Shown: piece by piece, positions 54,801 through 64,000 of the stretch | Numbering within the stretch: position 1 is the first letter of the stretch | Layout of the letters: every line of letters starts with the position of its first letter | Assembly (NCBI GenBank): GCA_012295275.1 | Contig: CM022679.1 | Span: forward strand, 23,622,001-23,686,000 | Origin: Chrysomallon squamiferum | Lineage: Eukaryota > Animalia > Mollusca | Direction: 5' to 3' | DNA length: 64,000 nt | Position numbers and translations under genes: made by a program | Notes under the pieces: model-generated | Database searches by the model: none | The model's input: the letters and a program-made list of their open reading frames with translations, nothing else | What the model was told of the DNA's origin: nothing

Positions 54801-57800
54801 GAACTCTCACATATGGAGGACTATATAAATATTATTTATGTTAATTGATGTTAAATATTTCTGAATTCTTTCCTTTTTCTTTCTATTTGTTTCAAAATAT
54901 AAAAATAAAATAAAATAAAATTGAAGATTTCATTTCAATTTCTAAATTAAGATTATGATTATTATTACAGAATGATGTTTCTTCAGCAAAGTCAAGAACT
55001 CTGGCAGATCCTGCACTTTCCACACTGACAAATGCAGAACATTTTAAGGAACACTCCAGATATGAGCAAAAACCATCACCTCAATGCAGCAGCATTGATC
55101 CAGTATGTTTGAGTTTATTAATGTTTTATTAAATGAAGGAAAATTAATTTTATATAAAACATATAAGAACCATTTAATTTTTCAATTTGAAAAATGAAAA
55201 TAATGTATTTATCCAAAACAATATCCTCACTGCAAGTGCAGCCAACATACAGTGACAAAGGAAGAATTTGTTTTTCAGATCACTATGTTTTTACTTTCGT
55301 GAGCACATGAAACTCATGATACAACTGACATCAGTTACACCTTTGTGTTATGTTTAACTTCTTGTGATTGTTTCCCCTAATATATTCTCTATTCTAGCAC
55401 TGAATCCACATTTGTTTGTGAAAAAAAACGAAATAAAAAAGCAGTCTTTATTATTTTTATTATTATTATTATTATTTAATAAAAGGGTTCTTTTGATCAT
55501 TCCTTGTCTGTTCACATCCAAATTTGATATAATATTTTCCTACCTCAGATTTTGTTGTAACTTTGTATTTTGGTTCTTTACAGGAGGAAAAGTTGATATG
55601 CAAATATTTCTTGAAAAAACTTGATAAACAGTATAAGGAAAACAAACTGTATTTTCCGAAAGTTTTGATTATTGTTGAGACCCATTTTTGGGTTCTCCCC
55701 CCTTTTATCTTTAATTTATCAATCTTCAGACCAGACTGAACAAAAATGTTCAGGAGACTGAGTAAAACAGACATACACAGATCTATATTTTCTTCTTTTT
55801 TCATTTGGTTTTGCATTTTGAAATTATTATTATTGTTATTATTGTTATTATTGTTTTATTATTTTAAAAGCTAATTCATGCTTACAAGTTCAAAATGTGA
55901 ACAAATAACATAAAAGTATTGAAAGTTTGTTAGACTAATAAAGAAACAGAATTTGAATACAAGTATAAACATGTCATTATACGTTAGGTTTTAAGGTTTG
56001 GAGATGAAGGTCTGTGCATCTATCGGGTTCCTCTTGGAAATATTTTTTTTAAATTTCTCTTCTTTCTCTCTTTATGTGTGTTGTTTCACGAAAAATGAGT
56101 AACAATGTGAAAATTATGAAAACTAATATTGTGAATAAATTCTACAGATGAAAATAATTTTTGAATTATGCAAATAGGAGTATAAACTCTAGAATTATTT
56201 TATCTGCTGTTCAAAGAACTGAAATTGGAGAGTATTTACTAAAGGCCAAGAAATCATCATAAAAGGTTACATTATATATTTCATTTGTGTTCTGCGTTGA
56301 TTTATTATTATTTAATCTGAAGACAGATGTCTGTTTGATCTTTACTTTGACCTTGTGGATCACATAATGACCTTGAAATGACCTTGCATGAAAAATTTAG
56401 CCCAACATGGCTTCAGCACAATGCATATAAAAATATTTGAGTTATATTAAATATTTTTCTTTAGTCTATAAAACTGCTTGAGTTATTTTCTTTCTGAACA
56501 AATATTTGGTGACAATGCTCACACATTGAGGACTTTACATAAACATTATTCATGTTAATTTTATATTACTCTTTCTGAATTGTTTCCTTTTCGTTTCTAT
56601 TCGTTTCAAAATATAAAAATAAAATAACATAAAATTGGAGATTTCATTTCAGTTTCGAAATTAAGATTATGATTATTATTACAGAATGATGTCTCTTCAG
56701 CAAAGTCAAGAACTCTGGCAGATCCTGCACTTTCCACGTGGACAGATGCAGAACATTTTAAGGAACAAGCTGGATATGAGCAATACCCATCACCTCAAAG
56801 CAGCAGCATTGATCCAGTATGTTTGAGTTTATTAATGTTTTATTAAATAAAGGAAAAATAATTTATATGAAACATAAAAGAACCATTTAATTTTTTTATT
56901 TAAAAAATGAAAATTAATATGTTTATCCAAAAAGTAATCCATATTACCTCGACATACAGTGATAACAAAAATTTAGCCCAATTTTGAATGTATACCGTAT
57001 ATTACCATTTTGTGTTAATAAATACATAAATTTCAAAATAAACTCGACCATAAACTGATGGTTAAGATGACAGAATCAGGGATAGCAATAAAAACTGGAG
57101 TGCAGTTAATAGAAACAAGGCGTACAGTTATACTCGTATGTGATTTGGAAACCAGGTACCCATAAAAATGCTATTTTTAGATGTTAGGATATCATTGCCA
57201 TTATACCGATTATTTGTACCACAGAAAAAACATTCCCAGTGTCACAAAACCTTCACAGATAACTGTCATTTTGGTCTGGAAATTGTTTAATGAGAAATTT
57301 CCCAAGGAACATCAGCTCAGCTATCATCTTCATGACAAATGCAAATATTTGTGTACAAAAAAAATAACCTTAGACTTTTAAAATTAAAATTTTTGCTTTG
57401 AAATAAAGAGAAATAAGTATCTATTGTCAAGATTCAAATGACTGTTGTTTTTCTAGGCCCAGAACAATGTGTACAAGTTGAACTCACCATGCTAATTATT
57501 AATCTAAATATAGGTGAAAATCACTATTCAAAATTTGTAATTGTTAATGAGTTAAAAACAAAATGTTTCTAGCTGATAAACAAATACTGCAATAATTGCA
57601 CAGAAACAAGGCCAATAATGGGAGGTAATATTACTTAGTATCAGTCTAGGAATGAGCTTGTTCCAGAATAAGTGGCTCTGTTTAGTTTCACATAAAGGAC
57701 AGGAATTAAGAAAATATGAAAAGATTATCATGTTCAGTACACTGAAGAAGAAATTAGTAATACTGTTATTCACTGTATTGCAGTTAATAATTTGTTATAT

Positions 57801-60800
57801 GCATAAACAAAAAAAACAAAAAAAAAATTCATTTCAAAATGTTGAATATTTATGTATTAGATTACAAAAAGAACATTATTAATGGTTACTTAGTAGATGA
57901 AAGCATACAATTTCAGTCAGTTAAACTATTTTGACAAACTAAGTGTTAATAATTATACTCTTTATATATCTTTGAAAAAAAGCACAGTCAGTTTTCATCC
58001 AGTGAAACAGGTCTTGGTTGGTATTTTATCCTGATTTTTCTGCATCAAAAAGAATGTGGAACTTGCAGATATTAATAGTTCCTGGTTATTAATTACCATA
58101 GTGTAGAACAGTTATATAAAAATGATTCATTATGTTACTATACTAGAAGTTTGTCATTAAATCTGCTTGCAGTAAAATTAGATTTTCTTTCTTGATATTT
58201 TGTTTTTCTTTTTTAATCATTTCCTTATCTGTGGGAGGATGTATTATTTTTTTATTAATTTTTTAAATATGACTACTGTTATTTTATTTTGTTAATTTAT
58301 TATGAATTTGTTGGACGGTATGATTTATGGGTCTTTTCCTTGTCAGTTAAGGTATTAGTTATGAAATTCGTTGTTGGAAAAAGGTTTGACAGATGACATC
58401 ATTTTCAAAAAACCAATGTTGTAATTGCATTTTGTTTTTTGATGTGCAACTTGAAACAATTTTTTCTTAAATGGTTTCCAAGTGAGTAATTTTGAATTTA
58501 CAGTTGTAGAAATAAACTTTAAAGCTAGTATTAATATTTAAATCCGAGGTATAGATGATGCATTTTAATTTTAACATTTTATTTTCAGAGTTTGGAAATG
58601 CAGATACTTATGTACATTCCTTTTAAAAAGAAATCAGTAAAAGAAGTGTTCGTAGAGCTGGTGACTGAAAAGCTACATATCAGCAAGTTAAAATTACACA
58701 ATATTTCTGAATACCTTTGGATGAGTGGAATAATCAGACTTCCCATTCAGAGTAATCTAAAATACACATGTCATAGTATTGTAAAGAATAGTTTTGTGTC
58801 TTTCCTCTTTGAAGAAAAACTGACGGATGTTATGAAAACCCCGAGAACTATAAAATCATTGATCCGTGACTTTTTTATTACTGAAGAGCTATCTCTTGAA
58901 ACAGGAATTGTTGAGCATTTTAAGTATCTGCTTGACATAACAAATGAAAACAGTTTAAAAGATGCAGTAATGGAGACTGACATTCTTGTCCAAGATGCCG
59001 AAAATTTGAAGATACGGTTTAGCACAAAAGCATTAGATAAGCACACAATTCTGCACCAGATAAATGATGATTTTATGAGAACTACAAGAAAGAAAGAGGC
59101 ATATATTTTGTTTGGCTATTTATGTGCTCTGTTAGTACATAAATGTGGAAAGGATCATATTAATGGAATAATCGGAAGATCTCTTTCAAAAGAAACATGT
59201 CGTAAAATAATGAAAAGTCTGCAGACACTTTCTCATGACCAAATTCCTTCAGGCACATTGAACATTTTGGAATCTGTTATTGTAATATTATGTAATACAG
59301 CATTTCCTAATCAGTCTAGTGAGATTGTACAGATATTTCAATTTTGCTATCCTGTATTTTCCTCTGAGTTCCTGATCAAATGCTTTTCATCGTGTACTTT
59401 GCCATTTTCATGTGATCAAAAAGAATGTGCAAACATATGCCAGAAAATTCATGAACAGGAAAAAGTTCAAGACATATATGCATCTGAATTGTTACAGAAA
59501 TTTCTGCAATATTCTCCATTAGACTGTACAATTTACATGATAGAAGATTTGATTAAAAACGAAAATCCTAATAAGAAGGATCTACTGGATGTTCTGAAAA
59601 CTCGAATTACCACTGAATCAAACAAGTGTTTAAAGGGAAATTGTATTAAAGAATTAGTGTCACTGGCTAATAAACTTAATTCAAGACACGAAGACATCAG
59701 ATCTGCAGTGTCAGACATACTTTCTAAAAATATCATAAAAGTGCTTGAAAGAATTCAAAAGTCAGACACCCAGACTGCTGATATTGTCATCAAATCTTTA
59801 GCAAGTAATTTCATGACATCACAAGAATTCTATGAGAATTTGTATAGAGCACTAGTTATATCACAAAATAAATCAATTCACAAGTTCTTTCTGAAGAAAC
59901 TTGAAGAAGATCAAATATTTACTACAAATGAGAAACTAACTTGTACAATGGTAATGGACTGGTTTCATACTGCAATCAAATATCACTGTAGTAATAATCA
60001 GCAAAAAGACAAATGTGAAGATCTGCCATTTGTCTACAACCATCTCAGTGATTTACTACAAATATCATCAGTTAAAAGCAGGGACACGTTGGTTATTGAT
60101 TTGAAAGAAGAAACTTTCTTATTTCTTAGATCCACTTCATTACAAAATCTAATTGAAAATATTTGTAAAAAACCAGTTTATGAAGACTTCACAGAGGTTT
60201 TTAAGGAACATCTTTTTAGACTCATGTCAGACAGTGCCTGCAAGAAATATGTTCTAAGGGAAGTGACAAAATCCACACACAGAGACTATTTTGAAGCTTC
60301 ACACAGGTATGATATAATTATATTTAATGTAATTTCTTTATTCAGATATCAGTTATAATAAGTTTTTGTTAATTTGTATTGAAGTTAATTAAACATTGGG
60401 AAACATAGTTCATATAAGTATAAAAAAGATTAAAGCATAAATTTTGCTATAACTTTGTGTTTAGGTTCTTTATACTTTAATGTAGTGCTGTTATCCACAC
60501 ATCCACACATAGTCTTTGCATTACAACAAACTTCATTGGTTTCAGTCAGTGTCTAAAATACTCTTGATAGTGTTCTGTATTAAAAATTAACATATAAAAT
60601 TATTCAAGTGCTTTCAACTGATTATTGAGTGGAGAAAAGTTGTTTGCCATGGATCATTTTAAAGTTGGATTGGAGAAATTATTGCATTGATCATTTGATT
60701 ATATCAAGGATAAATGTTTTATTGTGAAAAATATGTATTTTGATACATCTTCTAACACTGGATGAATCCAAACCATAAGAAATTAAAATTTATTACACAG

Positions 60801-61594
60801 GAAATTTTCCAGATGTGATCAGTTCCATTGATCCTCATAAAATGGACAATTTATGTTCTTTCATTACATATATAAATATTAAATAGTGATACCTCATGAA
60901 AATTAAAATATGAAACAAAACAAAATACCATGTTTCAAAACCATTATGAAACAAATTATTTGTTCTTGTGGTTGCATTTTTTTTTTTTTCAAAAATAGTA
61001 TTTTGTTTTGATACTGTACTGAAGGCTAAAATCTTAAATAAGCAAAATTATGTTACTTTTATTGGGTTTTTTTTCATGAAATCTTATTCAAATCAAATTA
61101 TGAAAAATAAAAATATATCAATAAAGTATTATTTTTGTTATAAAAAGCCCTCACCAAATGTCCCTTGTTTTTTGTCATTACTGTCATTTTGTGCATGAAG
61201 GACAGTTACAAAGATCAACAAAATGGATCTTGTGATCAGAAGAACATGCTGCAAGCAGTTTTAATATGGAATAAAAAATATGTATGTAATTATTTATTTA
61301 ATAAATAAATATTGTTAAATCATGCCTTGGACTTGAAAGAGAGAAATAATGTTTCAAAAATAAAAATAGTAATAACTGACTATTTCACAATAACATTTGT
61401 AGGAATTCTTTCCTGTGAGTGGCTTCATGTGCCTTTTGATATTAAACTGGATTCACCTTTAAATTTTGCACCTGCAAACTGTACTGCTAAAACTATTTAA
61501 TAAGTTTTTGCTATAATATTACCAAAAAAAAAGTGTACATAGGGATGTACATAAATTTATACATACTTACATGTGTACATAAAAACATTTATAT

Positions 61595-61627
<33 letters not shown>

Positions 61628-64000
61628 AATATATGTAAATGGTAAATGATGTAGTTTATGAATACTGTAACTAATATACTGATATCATTACCATCACAAG
61701 ACTTCAGATATAAAAAAATGTGCAAATCTTAATTAAATTCAGTGTAATATTAACATCATTGATATCTATCACTGTGGTGACATACAATTCATCAAACTTC
61801 ATTCATTAGTCACATCATCTGTGGCAATAATGTCGTTTGTAAGAACTCATATTTTAATTATTTTAACATTCTTCTCATTTTTATAAATAATGAAATATGT
61901 ACTTCATTTTACAACCATTTGTTCAAAATAAGTAAAGTTTTGTTTTTATTGTGTTGTATTGTGTACGTTAATGGCAAGAAATAGTAATAATATCAAAAGA
62001 AATAGATTATAATGTAGATAAAGTGAAAAGGATATGAAAATGGTATGAAAAGGATATGCTAACTAGCATGTCTTCTCAACTGTGTTTTATTTACACTATT
62101 TTATGGTGGAAACAATATAAATAATATTAAGATTATTATCCCAGTGTTTTATGATTTAAAACAGCTATTAACAATTGCTATGAATACTACATTCAAGCAA
62201 ATATTTTTGCCAAAAATAGCTTTGAACTTAAAATTCTGAGTTTTAGGTCATTAAAAACAATCTAAAATCAAAAATAAATATATGAAACAAGGCAACTATA
62301 CTGTATTCATCAATCACTTAGAGGTTTGTTGTTTTAAAACATCCAACCTTATAAGTTTTGTAAAAAGAAGGCAATAAAGTAACAATACTTAATTTTGATG
62401 GTACAGGGAATTTATTAATTTTAATATGGGTTATTTAGAACATTAAGAATTTATGGCAAAATATTTAATGTTTCATTTTCACTATCCTTAATAAATTTCT
62501 AAAGTTACAAATATTTCATTTTACTTTGGGAATTGTTAAATATTTACTTCAGCTTAGCTTTCTGATAACAGATTGTATTTTCATTAACTTTTTCTTTCTG
62601 TTATTTTATATTCCCAGTTAAATTCAAGTAAATTTAAAAAAAATTGAAACCACAAAAGTGAATTGTTCTTACCCTAATCAAGCTTATGTTTGATATAATG
62701 ATAAACCTCCTTTGAATATTTTTATTTAATAACCAAACAACTTTTGAGCTAGTAATGAGTGCATATTGACATATTATGTAAATTTCTGTCAATGATACTT
62801 TTGACATTTAAATAAATATATAACAACCTATAATCTCTGGTGTGAGAAATCCATTTTGTGTAACACTTGATCAGGAATTATTAAATAATGTTTTAATGCA
62901 GGTTTTATAAGATGTCAAAGTTAAAAAAATCTAGATTATTTAATATAAAAGATTATCTTTGTTAGAATGTAAAAAAGGTGTGTACATTTCGAACAAATTT
63001 TAAAATTTAAAACAATGAGGCAATACACGGTATGATAATCTTCTTTGACAGGTTATAAATGTATTTTAAGCAGTTATTTCTACCAAAGATAACAATTAAT
63101 TTATTACTGAGCAGTTATTTACCTTTACAATTTACTATTGTAGGTCTTTCGCTAATTTTCTCACGTTTTTGATGGAAGTAACTGGATTGTCTGAGAAAAC
63201 GAATGAACTAGATGAATTAGCAGTGATGTTACAAAATGGTGACTTCTGGATAAAGCTACTGAAAATAAAAGGTCCGCATTCTGATCAGGTGAAGAAAAGG
63301 AAAATCTTTTCTAAAGCAAAACAGAATGTTGATATCATTACAAAGCAACTAAAGACAGAACAAATATTGATTAAGGATTTTAAGAAAATGCAAACACTGG
63401 GGAAGCAATATGACAAAAGTATTGTTATCTTCTTATGTAAAGCTACAGGACTTGCATGTCAGGTCATTGAAAGAGCTTGGTATTTATCTGAAAAAAGAAT
63501 AGATCAAATTGCAAGACAGATTGAAACTGCTTCTAAAACAGTGATGTTGTTGGATAAAGGTGTTCAGCAGGGTCAGCTTCCTGATGTCCCTCACTTAAAA
63601 AAAGCAAGAGAATACATTCAGATGCAAAAGAAAATCTTCTCAAAAGGAGAAATACCATTAAATCAGAACTTTCTGTCATCTTTGAATGAACCTGTTTTCA
63701 ATGAAACCATTAATCATGTTTTGGATTCTGAAGTCTTTTTGACTGTATCTAAGAATCATGTAAAGAAAGTTATTGACAGCTGTGAAGCAAATGTGAAATC
63801 AGTGACACCAGAACATGCCACAGAAGGAGATCATCATATCAGATTCCCTTCTTCAGTTTTATCTGTTTTGCGTGTTTTGAATGATCGCTGTATTACTGAA
63901 TATAAAGCAACATGGGAGCCTCTCTTTTCAGAAGAGGTAACATACATCTCTGAAGTAAAAACAATTGCACATGCTTCAAACATTGAAGGTGAAGTAACAT
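48900..64000 (+). CDS. 5' part of a giant RNF213/mysterin-like protein (TRADD-N-like N-terminus, low-complexity repeats, CBM20-like beta domain, helical stalk); continues beyond the window
   Basis: In-phase exons 48900-48951, 51701-52085, 53642-53717, 54325-54456, 54971-55102, 56685-56816, 58589-60306, 63144-64000+ (~1160 aa so far). The exon at 58589 begins with a beta-rich segment (EMQILMYIP...W..GIIRLP...LKY) followed by long amphipathic helices, like the RNF213 N-arm. The diagnostic AAA+ and RING modules are not in the window, so the family call is inferred. Confidence 0.6.
49750..50125 (-). mobile_element. Degenerate, internally deleted pogo/Tigger (TIGD1-like) transposase relic in an intron
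   Basis: Minus strand reads ALDKLII*EGYLPQQVINMDEDSLY*KGLLTESLFMHKDTKLMPGFK, resembling the Tigger motif EGGY...QIFNxDET.LxWK.MP.RTFI..E.KSMPGFK. A C-terminal-like DDRGNRSGK...KEIY..EK follows. Contains in-frame stops. Confidence 0.75.
54325..56816 (+). repeat. Three paralogous 132-nt phase-0 exons with duplicated flanking intron (54325-54456, 54971-55102, 56685-56816)
   Basis: NVVCTKKSRTQENSAVST...RYEQKP..DP / NDVSSAKSRTLADPALST...RYEQKPSP..IDP / NDVSSAKSRTLADPALSTW...YEQYPSP..IDP. Each is bounded by TTACAG and GTATGTTTGAG. Confidence 0.9.

Noticed and set aside
56330-57400. TGACCTTG-rich intronic stretches suggestive of non-autonomous DNA transposons
   Set aside because: Boundaries and family cannot be defined without a repeat library.
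58771-59736. Antisense ORFs 58771-59046 and 59533-59736 (likewise 41983-42297 and 8838-9122)
   Set aside because: Mirror-frame shadows of real exons on the opposite strand.

Overview
AT-rich, intron-containing animal genomic DNA, probably a spiralian such as a mollusc (inferred, not proven). Most entries in the ORF track are microsatellite artefacts, so genes were rebuilt by hand from GT-AG exons with consistent phases. The left half (1-35 kb) is microsatellite-dense and holds three genes: a type-I membrane protein (signal peptide, GON domain, TSP1, TM, tail ending DNPAF; minus strand), mitoribosomal MRPS34 (plus), and a secreted protein with two discoidin (F5/8C) domains and a trypsin protease domain with an RRKR|VVGG activation site (plus). 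The right half (35.8-64 kb) is a candidate immune/conflict cluster. It contains a stand-alone MIDAS vWA gene (plus), a convergent gene fusing RING, ubiquitin-like and bacterial-type TerD domains (minus), and, head-to-head with that gene, the 5' part of a giant RNF213/mysterin-like gene (plus). The giant gene has a TRADD-N-like N-terminus, three duplicated 132-nt exons and a triplicated promoter/first exon. All three cluster genes have an adjacent STAT-type (TTCN3GAA) and IRF/ISRE-type motif pair upstream. This suggests a co-induced, interferon-like module and is the best candidate for an undescribed system. Domain calls are by motif recognition only; no searches were run.
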